From Felis catus (Eukaryota): a stretch of DNA of 64,000 bases. Positions 51,889 to 63,689 of this stretch are shown in pieces. The DNA lies in assembly GCF_018350175.1 (NCBI RefSeq), contig NC_058368.1:135472001-135536000 (forward strand), given 5' to 3'. Made by a program: the position numbers and the translations under genes. The notes under the pieces were generated by a model. That model made no database searches, was not told the DNA's origin, and saw only the letters and a list, made by a program, of their open reading frames with translations. Position 1 is the first letter of the stretch. The number at the start of each line of letters is the position of its first letter.

Positions 51889-54369
51889 TGCATCAAAAAC
51901 CTTAAGATACCTAGGGATAAACCTAACTAAAGAGGTAAAAGATCTGTACTCTGAAAACTATAGAACACTTATGAAAGAAATTGGAGAGGACATAAAGAAA
52001 TGGAAAAGCATTCTGTGCTCATGGATTGGAAAAACAAACATTGTTAAAATGTCTATACTACCCAAAGCAATCTACACATTAAATGCAATCCCTGTCAAAA
52101 TACCACCAGTATTTTTTGCAGTGCTAGAACAAACAATCCCTTTTTTTAATGTTTTATTTATTTTTGAGAGAGAGAGCATGAGCGAGAGAGGTACAGAGAG
52201 GGTGGGGAGGACAGAGGATCCAAAGTAGGCTCTGTGCTGCCACCAGAAGCCCAATGCAAGGCTCCAACTCTCAAACTGCGAAATCATGACCCAAGCCGAT
52301 GTCAGACACACAACTAACTGAGCCTCCCAGGAGCTCCTAGAACAAACAGTCCTAAAATTTGCATGGAACCACAAAAGACTCTGCATAGCCAAAGCAAACC
52401 TGGAAAAGAAAAACAAAACTGAAGGCATCACGATTCCAGGTTTCAAGCTATATTACGAAGCCGTGGTCATCAAGACAGTATGGTACTGATACAAAAACAG
52501 ACATTTAGGTGAATGGAACACAACAAAAAACCCAGAAATGGACCCACAACTGTATGATCAACTCATCTTCAACAAAGCAGGAAAGAATTTCCAATGGAAA
52601 TTCAACAAATGGTACTGGGAAAACTGGACAGCGACATGCAGAAGAATGAAACTGGACCACTTTCTTACACCATACACAAAAATAAACTCAAAATAGATGA
52701 AAGACCTAAATGTGAGACAGGAAACCATCAAAATCCTAGAGAAGGAAAGAGACAGCAACCTCTTCGACCTCAGCCAGAGTAACTTCTTATGAGACATGTC
52801 ACTGAAGGCAAAGGAAACAAAAGCAAACATGAATTATTGGGACTTCATCAAGATAAAAAGCTTCACAGCAAAGGAAACAACAAAACTAAAAGGCAGCCTA
52901 TAGAATGGGAGAAGGTATTTGCAAACAACATATCTGATAAAGGGTTAGTATTCAAAATCTGTAAAGAACTTATCAAACTCAACACCCAAATAGCAAACAA
53001 CCCAGTGGAGAAATGGGCAGAAAACATGAAGAGACACTTTCCACAAAAGACATCCAGATGGTTAACAGACACATGAAAAGATGTTCAACATCACTCATCA
53101 CCAGGGTGAATCAAAACCACAATGAGATGGGGCACCTGGGTGGCTCAGTCGGTTAAATGGCCAACTTCAGCTCAGGTCATGATCTCATGGTTTGTGAGTT
53201 TGAGCCCCGCATCAGCCTCTGTGCTGATAGCTTGGAGTCTGGAGCCTGCTTCAGATTCTGTGTCTCCCTCTCTCTCTGCCCCTTCCCTGCTCATGCTCTG
53301 TCTCTCTCTGTCTCTCAAAAATAAATAAATGTTAAAAAAAAAATGAGATACCACCTCACACCTGTCAGAGTGGCTAAAATTAACAACATAAAAAGCAACA
53401 GGTGTTGGTGAGGATGTGGAGAAAAAAGGTGAGAATGCCACTCTGGAGAACAGTATGGAGGTTCCTCAAGAAACTAAAAATAGAGGGGCACCTGGGTGGC
53501 TCAGTCAGTTAAGCATCTGACTCTTGATTTCAGCTCATGTCATGATCTCATGATTTGTGAGTTCAAGCCCCACATAGAGCTCTGTGCTGACAACAGGGAG
53601 TCTGCTTGAGATTCTGTCTCTCCCTTTCTCTCTGCCCCTCTCCCCACACCCTTTTTATCTCTCTCTCCCTCTATAATAGATATAAAGATACTAAAAATAG
53701 AACTATCCTACAATCCAGAAATTGTATTTTTAGGTATTTACCCAAATGATACAAAAATACGAGTTTGAAGGGGTACATGCACCCCAATGTTTATAGCAGC
53801 ATTATCAACAATAGCCAAATGATGGAGAGAGTCCAAATGTCCATTGACTGATGAATGGATAAAGATGTAGTATATATATACCATGAAACATTACTCAGCC
53901 ATCCAAAAGAATGAAATCCTGCCATTTGCAATGACATGGATAGAGCTAAAATGTATTATGCTAAGCGAAATGAGCCAATCAAAGAATGATAAATACCATA
54001 GGATTTCACTCATATGTGGAATTTAAGAAACAAAACAGATGAACATATGTGAAGGGGCAGGGGAAGAGAAGAGAGGGAAACAAACCACAAGAGACTCTTA
54101 ATGATAGAGAACAAACTGAGTTAACAGAGGGAGGTGGGTAGGAGTTGGGCCAGATGGGTGATGGGGATTAAGAAGGGCACCTGTTGGCACGCCTGGGTGG
54201 CTCAGTCAGGTAAGCGTCCGATTTCTGCTCAGGTCATGATCTTACAGCTTGTGGGTTAGAGCCCCGCGTTGGGCTCTGCACTGACAGCTCAGAGCCTGGA
54301 TCCTGCTTCAGGTTTTGCGTCTCTCTGTGTCCCTACCTTGCTTGTGCTCTCTGTCTCTCTTTGTCTCTG

Positions 54370-54400
<31 letters not shown>

Positions 54401-54403
54401 TTG

Positions 54404-54461
<58 letters not shown>

Positions 54462-54638
54462 CCTCTCTCTCTCTCTCAAAAACAAATAAACATTTTTTAA
54501 GTTTTTTTTTTAAAAAAGGGCACTTGTTGTGATGAGTCCTGAGTGTTGTATGTAAGAGATGAATCACTGAATTCTACTCCTGAAATCAATACTGTACAGT
54601 TTGTCAGCTAAAATTTAAATAAAAAATTAAATTTTAAA
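51889..54638 (+). mobile_element. 5'-truncated carnivore L1 inside Tigger1, carrying four SINEs (52141-52337 -, 53129-53341 +, 53485-53688 +, 54186-54514 +)
   Basis: ORF2 remnants ([12 protein letters not shown]...), 3' UTR, TSD aagaaagcaaagca/aagacagcaaaaca (51875-51888 / 54639-54652); each SINE has its own TSD. Confidence 0.95.
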
Positions 54639-54809
54639 AAGACAGCAAAACAGCCTTATTGCTGATATGGAGAAAGTTTTGGTGGTCTGGATAGAAGATC
54701 AAGCCAGCCACAACAGTCTCTTTAGCCAAAGTTCAATCCAGAGGAAGGCCCTAACTCTCTTTAATTATATAAAGGCTGAGAGAGGAGAAGAAGCTACAGA
54801 AGATGTGGG

Positions 54810-55012
54810 GGGGGGAGGGTTGTTTTAAGTTTATTTATTTTGAGAGAGAGAGAGAGTATGGGGGTGCAGGGGGGGGTGGGAGGGGCAGAGAGAGAGGGAG
54901 ACAGAATTCCAAGCGGGCCCTGTGTCGTCAGCATGCAGCGCCCAATGTCACAATGAGATTGTGACCTGAACCAAAGGTAAATGCTTAACCAACTTAGCCA
55001 CCCAGGCACCCC
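54810..55012 (-). mobile_element. Can-SINE near the Tigger1 internal deletion point
   Basis: Reverse body ending ccacccaggcacccc; flanks share cagaaga. Confidence 0.9.
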
Positions 55013-55721
55013 TCAGAAGAAGATTCTTTAATTAAATAATGTTTGTTGTTTTTTTAAACCTAACGCTATTGCACACTTAATAGACTACAGTACAATGTAA
55101 ACATAACTTTTATATGTACTAGGAAACCAAAAACTTCATGTGACTCAGGTTATTGCGATATTTACTTTACTGGGGTGGTCTGGAACACAACCCACAGTAT
55201 CTCTGAGGTATGCCTGTATTTTCTCCAGTCAACTCCAGCATACAACTAAAAGAGAAGAATTCAACCAAAAGAAAAAGAAAAAGAAAAAAATGACAACAGA
55301 CAAGAATTCAAGTAAACAAACATAGTCTGTCTTTCTTTTAACTCAAGAAAGGTAACATTATTGATTCTACCCACCAAAAGAACATTAAGCACTTTATCCA
55401 GCCCACAAAACTCTCATTTTTTCCTGCTTTCTTTTCAAAACTAACTTTTAAATTACAATTTTCCTCAAAGTGTATCGAGACATGACATTCTAAGCAATCA
55501 CTGAGAAGTGTAAAGGAGAGTATAATAGCTGCAATTAACTTTGTTTATATATCAGACAGACTTACATTTCACTATAAATATTCCACATGAAAATCTGTGA
55601 AAGAGGGCCAATTATGCTGAGACGTTTATCTGTATGACATTTGTCAAAAGAAAAAAAATATGCTGCAGTTCCTATTTGAAAAAAAATTATTTCCTGGCAT
55701 AATGCAAGATTGTACACTTAC

Positions 55722-55808
55722 CAAAGGAAAAAATGAGGAGGAGTCTTGAGCTGGAATGATAAAGTGCATCTACTTTTAGCTGTAGGCCTCTGCTCCTGCA
55801 CCCCCATC
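55722..55808 (-). other. Candidate 87-nt internal exon of a - strand transcript
   Basis: Acceptor ctctgtgtttttatgacag|GAT and consensus donor TTG|gtaagt; length is a multiple of 3 and two frames are open; peptide not recognised. Confidence 0.35.
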
Positions 55809-56168
55809 CTGTCATAAAAACACAGAGCACGTGTAAAGGGGTGCTAATTCGTATCGCCTTAATTCCCTAGGAAACATCAGTGGACCCAGAAAATTTCCCT
55901 ATCATGCATGCTCTGCTACAGAAAAATATATTCTGTTCCTAACCTTATAGCTCAAAATGAAATACCACTTGAAATTAAAGTCTGTTTGCCCTTATAATTC
56001 TTACTTGGGATGTGTTACCTTCATTTTGTTCTTCCTCCCCAACTGGCCACGTACCGTTTATCTTGGTTTTTAGGGGAAGAAAGACAAAACTTTTCGGTGT
56101 TTCTGTTTGCTTTCTGTCCTTTTTGTCCGCCCCCCGCCTAAGGCTCCTTATTACAAATGTGGCCTTCA

Positions 56169-56335
56169 GCCTGGGTGGCTTAGTCAGTTAAGCATCTGAC
56201 TTCAGCTCAGGTCATGATCCTGCTGCTCATGAGTTCAAGGCCCGCATCAGGCTCTGTGCTGACAGCTCGGAGCCTGGAGGCTGCTTCAGATTCTGTCTCT
56301 GTCTCTCTGTCTCTCAAAAATAAATAAATATTTTT
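56169..56335 (+). mobile_element. Slightly 5'-truncated Can-SINE
   Basis: Perfect TSD aaatgtggccttca. Confidence 0.93.
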
Positions 56336-56710
56336 AAATGTGGCCTTCAATCAAATTTAGCAGAAGAGTTTGCATATATTTTCAATACTAGTTATAACTT
56401 CTATGATCTGGTCCTTTTAGGGCCCTACAAGTTCCACTAATTCAATCTAGAAAACCAGTCCCTTTGATCAAGGTATTTCTGAGAAAGACATCCACACATC
56501 TAGCCAGATAGTTCTCGGCAATAGGAAACAAGACTATTATTCATTAGCTGGGCCCTACCAGTTGCTCACAGCCAGCATCTGTTCTGAGAGGTTGTATCTT
56601 CTATCCTGATTAGTCAGTGACCAAGCTATCTCAGCTGTTCAATATTAACACCCTGAATATGAGTCAAAGAAAGCCTTTATCAAGTTCAACTTTGAAATCC
56701 TTCAAGAATA

Positions 56711-56913
56711 GGGGTGCCTGGGTAGCGCAGTCGGTTAAGCGTCCGACTTCAGCCAGGTCACGATCTCGCGGTCCGGGAGTTCGAGCCCCGCGTCGGGCTC
56801 TGGGCTGATGATGGCTCAGAGCCTGGAGCCTGTTTCCGATTCTGTGTCTCCCTCTCTCTCTGCCCCTCCCCCGTTCATGCTCTGTCTCTCTCTGTCCCAA
56901 AAATAAATAAATG
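56711..56913 (+). mobile_element. Very young felid Can-SINE lacking a poly(A) tail
   Basis: CpG-rich body; 19-bp duplication ttgaaatccttcaagaata (56692-56710 / 56914-56932). Confidence 0.96.
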
Positions 56914-57149
56914 TTGAAATCCTTCAAGAATAAAACATACCTACCATATAACTCAATTCGTTAGCTCGGGGGTTAACTTCAATGGAGCTTCATTAATGGC
57001 CTTACCTCGTAATTCCACTACGTAAGAAGCGAAGAGCGGTTTTCCCACATACCTCTCCAGCTACCACCAAACCCTCACAGCAAAGCTTTCGGCAAGACTT
57101 GCCTACATACTACCTTCACCACCTCACCCTGCATTCAGTCTTCCAACCC

Positions 57150-58110
57150 CTTCCCTCACCACAGCATTTTCTCTCCCACTAGCATCTCCTCCCACCGCAG
57201 CCTTCAAAGGGCTCTCAGGGAGGCCACCAATGATCTCCCAATTGTTTACTCATTGGGCCTTTTCTGTTTTTATCTCAGTTGATTTCCCTGCAGTATTTCC
57301 CCTGTTGACCATTTCCTCCTTTCTGAAACTCTCTCCTCCCATGTCTGCTACGGTATTTTCTCTTGATTTTTCTCATATCTATTTCTCGACCTTCTAACCT
57401 TCCCCTTTCTCCACAAACCCATAAACCACTGACATTCCCCAGATCTTCACTCCATCTATACCCTCACTTAGGGTGATCACATTCCTTTCTGCCTCTGTAT
57501 CAATGTGCATTATTGTAAATGTACAAAATTGAACTCAGCTTCTTTAAATCTGGTACTGAGCCTAAATCTCCTAGTTCAGCAACGACTCCCTTAACCAACC
57601 AGTCACCCAAACCAAAAACCACGCCATTATTCCTGCCTTCTAATTTCCTACTGACCCTCATATTCAATAGCTCAACCAATAATTCCAGTCTATTTTCCCT
57701 TCTTAGTACATCCTGAATTTTTGACGCTCATTCTCTCTCTACTAATACAACTCCAGCTCAACCCCTCACACTTCTTCCATTTCTCCCACCATGGAACCAG
57801 AGTTTGGCTCTCTAACTGGTCTCTTTGTTTTCTCTTTATTCTCCAAAATGATGCCAGAATCATCTTTCTGAAATGACTACCCACACGCATGCACACACAC
57901 ACACACACACACACACAGTCTAGGACTTGCTTTCATTTATAAACTTTTGTAGCTCTCTGTGCATAGCACTATGCTAACACTATCATACTATACTCTAATG
58001 TGTTGAGAGTTATTTGTCTGCCTCCCCAGCTAGACTATCAGCCAGCTGAGGGCAGCTGATATGATGCCTAATATAGTAGGTGCTCACTTAATAGTTGTTG
58101 AATGAATGAA
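57150..58110 (+). mobile_element. L2 LINE remnant with an embedded (CA)n at about 57891-57916
   Basis: gttgaccatttcctcctttctgaaactctctcctcc...tgccagaatcatctttctgaaat... and L2 3' end tagtaggtgctc...gttgaatgaatgaa. Confidence 0.75.
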
Positions 58111-58236
58111 CTGGAAAACCCTCCTGATACTACATGAGAAGAATTTAAGAAATGAAAGTGAGAGTTTGAAAGGGATAGGGAAACAAGGCTACCTCTCTGA
58201 AACTTCCCAATGGAAGGAAAAAAGAATGTAACTAAC

Positions 58237-58400
58237 ACAGGGCTTCTTAACCTTTGCTGGACTATGCATCCTTTTGAGCATCTGATGAAAATGAAGGGCT
58301 CTCTCTACAGGAAAAAAATATCCCTAAACACATCACACAAAATTCCACATATAATTTCAGGGGTTCTCTCTACAGACTTCCTAAAGATCCATAAATCCAA
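58237..58400. mobile_element. hAT-Charlie MITE fragment
   Basis: cagggcttcttaacctt...ttttgagcatctgatgaaa...atataatttcagggg. Confidence 0.55.
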
Positions 58401-58719
58401 AGTGTCATGGGAAAACATATGGAATAGTTCAGGTTGGTGTAATGAGAATGAGAATTTGTTCCAGGAAGAAAGAAAACTTTGCCTACCTCACATATTACCA
58501 AAAAACTATATATCAGATTCATTAAAGGCCCAAATTATGTTTTTAACTACAAGGTATTAGGGAAAATATTTTTATAATCCTGAAACAGGTACAAAATTAT
58601 TAAGCCATAAAGGATAGGAGTGACAGATTTTACTACATAAACTTCTGAACAAAATAAGGCACCATGGGTAAAGAAAAAAGACAAATGTCAAAATATATAA
58701 AATATATAAAATGAGTATA

Positions 58720-59634
58720 AAGACCCTGAAGAGCCAAAGTAATTTTGAAGAAGACCAAAGCTGGAGGCATCACAATCCCAGACTTTAGCCTCTACTACAA
58801 AGTTGTAATCAAGACAGTATGGTATTGGCACAAAAACAAACACATAGGCCAATGGAATGGAATAGAAACCCCAGAATTAGACCCACAAAAGTAGAGCCAA
58901 CTAATCTTTGACAAAGCAGGAAAGAATATCCAATGGAAAAAAGACAGTCTCTTTAACAAATGGTGCTGGGAGAACTGGACAGCAACATGCAGAAGGATGA
59001 AACTAGACCACTTTCTTAAACCATTCACAAAAACAAACTCAAAATGGATAAAGGACCTGAATGTGAGACAGGAAACCATCAAAACCCTAGAGGAGAAAGC
59101 AGGAAAAAACCTCTCTGACTTCAGCTGCAGCCATTTCTTACTTGACACATCCCCAAAGGCAAGGGAATTAAAAGCAAAAATGAACTATTGGGACCTCATG
59201 AAGATAAAAAGCTTCTGCACTGCAAAGGAAACAATCAACAAAACTAAAAGGCAACCAACGGAATGGGAAAAGATATTCGCAAATGACATATCGGACAAAG
59301 GGCTACTATCCAAAATCTATAAAGAGCTCACCAAACTCCACACCCGAAAAACAAATAATCCAGTGAAGAAATGGGCAGAAAACATGAATAGACACTTCTC
59401 TAAAGAAGACATCCAAATGGCCAACAGGCACATGAAAAGATGCTCCAAGTCACTCCTCATCAGGGAAATACAAATCAAAACCACACTCAGATACCATGAG
59501 GGTATCTGAGGGGTGGGAGGGTGGGGAGGGCGGGTGATGGGTATTGAGGAGGGCACCTGTTGGGATGAGCACTGGGTGTTATATGGAAACCAATTTGACA
59601 ATAAATTTCATATTTAAAAAAATAAATAAATAAA
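58720..59634 (+). mobile_element. Young felid L1, 5'-truncated, with an internal deletion, inserted in an older L1M (58540-58720, 59650-60170)
   Basis: ORF 58997-59509 is L1 ORF2; jumps from TTLRYH to the 3' UTR; TSD taaaatgagtata/taaaataagtata (58707-58719 / 59635-59647). Confidence 0.96.
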
Positions 59635-60175
59635 TAAAATAAGTATATATAAGTATATCCAGAAAATATGTAAGGAGTGACCCGAAGGCAACAAAATAAC
59701 AAACGCCACAATAGAAAAAAATGGACAATGGACAAAAATAGACACTTCACAGAACAAATGCAAATCATCAATTACTACAAGAAAAAATGCTCAACTTTTA
59801 CCAATCAAGGAAAAACAAATTACAATAACTAAGTCATTCTTCTTTATCCACCATATTGGCAAAAATTAACAAGATTGATGATATCCAGAGTTGTTGGGGA
59901 TACAGAAAAAAAATGGGTACTATCACGTACACTGATGGTGGGTATGAAAATCAGTATCCTTTTAGAAAGACAATTTGGCAATATCTGTCAATATTGTAAA
60001 TACCCATACAGTTCTGCCCAGAAATTCTAGTCACAAGCCTCTAGCCTAGAGAACCGTTCGCACCTGTGCACAAAGAAGCATAATATAAGGATATTCACTT
60101 AAGTATTATTTATAGTAGAGAAAGCTAAATGTCCACCTAAAGGAGACCCATACTACAGTTTAAAAGAAGACAGTG

Positions 60176-60390
60176 GGGGCACCTGGGTGGCTCAGTCATT
60201 TAAGTGTCTGACTTCGGCTCAAGTCATGATCTCACCATTCATGGGTCCCAGCCCAATATCCGGCTCTGTGCTGACAGCACACAGAGCCGGCTTCAGATTC
60301 CGTGTCTCCCTCTCTCTCTGCCTCTCCCCACTCACATTCTGTCTCTCTGTCTCTCAAAAAATAATAATAATAATTAAAGAAATTTTTGAA
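60176..60390 (+). mobile_element. Can-SINE
   Basis: TSD aagaagacagt/aagaaggcagt. Confidence 0.93.
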
Positions 60391-61899
60391 GAAGGCAGTT
60401 GATCTGTTTACAGTCTCCAAGACATATTGGTAAATGACAAGAAAATGTGGATGTATACAATGTAATGTATACAATGTATACTTACTTTTTATTCTATATT
60501 CTCAGATTATTTGACCAATTTGCAACCAGGACAAATGGGAATGGGGCGAATTTTTAGGGAAACGTTCCATCCAATTGCCCAAGTCCTTCATTCTTTCTGG
60601 CCTCTGGAATGTATCACAATTTTGTCTAATGTCGACTGTTCACTGACATTTCATTTAATCCACAAATTGTATGCTCCCTCCTAGTGCACACCAGAACCTT
60701 GTTCCTGTGGGTGGCTGTCACCAGCCTTTCATCGTTGAGGTGGGAAGTCACATCACTCACCAACTACAAAGTCAAGACAACATCATAGAGTAGCTGGAGA
60801 TGTTGACCCTGTGTTCTATTTAGGCCATCTATTCTGTCCTCTGAGAAATTTGCAGAGGAAACCACGTGTCTGTATAAATGGGTAGTGGTCAATGATAGGT
60901 CTATATTTGGTTGTAAGTTAAATGACATTGCTTTCAGAATTTAGCATGTAGGTTGTAAAATATGTAAGTTTATGAAAATGTAACCAAATGGGAAATAGAG
61001 AAGATAAAGTAGGCCAAATTGCTTCTAGTAGGGATCACTGTGGTAATCTGCTGTTAATCCCTCTTCATCCCAGGAATTAAGTATTCATTTCCCCTCTGGA
61101 TTTCCTCAGGATAATCATGTTCTAATCCATAAGAGTTCTTTCCCTCTCACCTCCAATTACCAGATTGAGTTCGTGACTCTTGAGGGACATTTTACCTACA
61201 CCCCCCCCCAACCGGTCCACCCCACCCACTATTCTGTTAAAACTGTGGTCTCTTAATAAATTTAAATATATACAGATAAGTGTTCCTAAGCTACTTTTCA
61301 GTCAGACAGATTTTCCCAAATATTCGTTTCTTCTACTAAGAAAATCTGATTTAAATCTTTATTATTTTCAAAAACTAGGTATATTTCACGCAAACAAGAA
61401 GTAGTACCATAACACATACGGGCATTATGTCTCGGCACTAAGGGGAAGGTCAGCATTAACATCTCTGTTTATGAGGAGAGGGCTGAGACCTGGAAAAGCT
61501 TAGGATTCTGGAATTCACAGCAAAATCTGAACCTGGAAACATTACCAGGTTCATTTATTCCTTTCTTATGCACAAAACTGATGCCTGCACGTGGTGCTAG
61601 CATGTTCCCCTAGCAAGCACCCCAGAGAGCCCTCAGGCCCAAGCCAGTCCCTGAACTGACCCTCAGGTGCTCATCAAAACGGCCTCTGCGTTTCAGCAAA
61701 GTTCAGCTGGCAGCCCCGGCAAGGACGAACGTAGAACTCCAGGCCTTTCACCTTTGTTACCTCCTCCTGCACCTGAGCCTTGTCAGGGTGGGAAACCGGC
61801 CACAGTGCATTCACATAACAGCAAACAGCAATGTTCCTCTTTGCATGTGTAATGCCAATTGGATGATTTGTCTTTCTAGACTACCCCACAAACATAACT

Positions 61900-62200
61900 A
61901 AAATGTGCCCTTCCAAGAGGCACCTGTGAGGAAGACACGCTGCCCGCATCCTATCTCATGTTCATCCTGCGCGCTCAGGCTACGGAGTGAGCTCTATGAA
62001 TCGGGATCCATTTTGCAGAGGGCAGCTGTATGCATGCCCCATATAAATAGGCCGCTCTGTGTCCTGTGTGTCATTATAAATAATGCTCCCACACACCACA
62101 GATTTTAATGCCTCCCAGAAAGCAAATCACTGTCAGTGAGAAGTTATACGACATTCCTGACCAAATTAGTTGGTTATTCATCGGAAGACCAACAAACTCA
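61900..62200. promoter_or_regulatory. Candidate muscle-type enhancer/promoter
   Basis: E-box CAGCTG 62023-62028, MEF2-like ATATAAATAG 62041-62050, MEF2 consensus TTATAAATAA 62074-62083, TEAD MCAT ACATTCC 62151-62157, local CpG excess, repeat-poor context. Confidence 0.35.
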
Positions 62201-63167
62201 GCCTCTGTTGAGCTGCGAAGGAGAGGGAAAAGCATCAAATGATTATGTAGACATTCTATAATTAGGGGTGGGAAAATGACTACATTGGAATCCTTTCCTG
62301 AGCATGGCTAAACTACAACAGGTCTGGAGAGGTCAAGTAGTGTGGCTCCCGCCTCAGCCTGCTGCCGACTCCAGGGATCTATGAGCATAGGCCAACAGAA
62401 AGGAAAAGCTACATTTTTCCTAGGGCTACTCCACTGGAAGTAGAACAAGATGTCAAGAATAACGGAGGAGAAGTTAAAAAAAAAAAAAAAAAACTCCAAG
62501 GGACATGTAAGAAAGTTGGCTACGACGCGAATAAATGAAGCAGGAAAAAGGCAGAAGGCAGCATTCAGTCAGCTCAGATCACCCCTCACCTGGCCGACAC
62601 AGGCTACTCACCAGCTGATTCCAATGCATTAGCTGGCGATGGAGGAGAAAACAGGGTTTGGGAGCTAATTTTTTTTTTTTATTTCCTTGCTTCTAATTGT
62701 TCTTAATCCACATTCCTGAGATGGCTTAAGCATTAATAGGCTGAAGCTATGCTCTAGGATAACACTGGGTTAATTATATTTTTGGGGTTGCAAAGGACAG
62801 TCAAAATTTCACATAGGCTACATGAAGTAATGAGGTACAAACAGTTATACAGGGTAATGTGTGTGGCTTCTCCTTTCTCTACCTGTCCAGACCTACTCAC
62901 CATTTCCTAAGCCCCAATACAGCTGACTGAGCTCCATATTTCTCCAGAGATTGTTTACCAACGTAATTACTAGCTCTCACTGGCCAGAGCTTTTCCTGTT
63001 AGGCCCTCCTACTAGCTGTCTACCAGCCTATGAGCTGGCTGCCCTCGGGATAAGGTGTCTACTTCTGATCCAATCAGATGCCCACTCAACAAGGTACCGC
63101 TTAGGGCAGGTTCTTTAGCAAAGGGCTGTGAACAAAAGTAGTTTTCCTTAGAAAAGAATGGCAGAAT

Positions 63168-63610
63168 GGGGCACCTGGGTGGCTCAGTTGGTTGGGTGTT
63201 TGACTCTTGATTTCAGCTCAGGTCATGTTCTCATGGTTTGTGAGTTCAAGCCCCGTATTGAGCTCTGGGCTGGCAGCATGGAGCCTGCTTGGGATTCTGT
63301 CTCCCTCTCCCATTGCCCCTCCCCCGCTTGCTCTATAATCTCTCTCTCAAAAATAAATAAAAATAGGGGCCCCTGGGTGGCTCAGTCAGTTGAGTATCCG
63401 ACTTCGGCTCAGGTCATGATCTCTTGGTTTGTGAATTCAAGCCCTGCATCAGGCTCTGTGCTGACAGCTCAGAGCCTGGAGCCTGCTTCAGATTCTGTGT
63501 CTCCCTCTCTCTCTCTGCCCCTCCCCTACTCATGCTCTGTCTCTCTCTGTCTCTCAAAAAATAAATAAATGTTGAAAAAAATTTTTAGTAAATAAAAATA
63601 AACTTAAAAA
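63168..63610 (+). mobile_element. Two nested/tandem Can-SINEs (63168-63365, 63366-63610)
   Basis: Two heads; aagaatgg flanks the pair. Confidence 0.93.
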
Positions 63611-63689
63611 AAGAATGGTGAGTGTCTCAAGCACATGTCTATGTTAAACTACCACCAAATACTTAAGTAGAAATAAACCATTAATTTAG

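Larger units (their letters stand above)
51244..55216 (+). mobile_element. Internally deleted Tigger1 DNA transposon, interrupted by an L1 and SINEs
   Basis: Tigger1 left end (cagatactgtgtttttttacaaattgaaggtttgtggcaac), transposase start at 51667 (MASKCSSERKS...), resumes at 54653 (gccttattgctgatatggagaaagtt), right TIR tctctgaggtatgcctg followed by TA. Confidence 0.93.
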
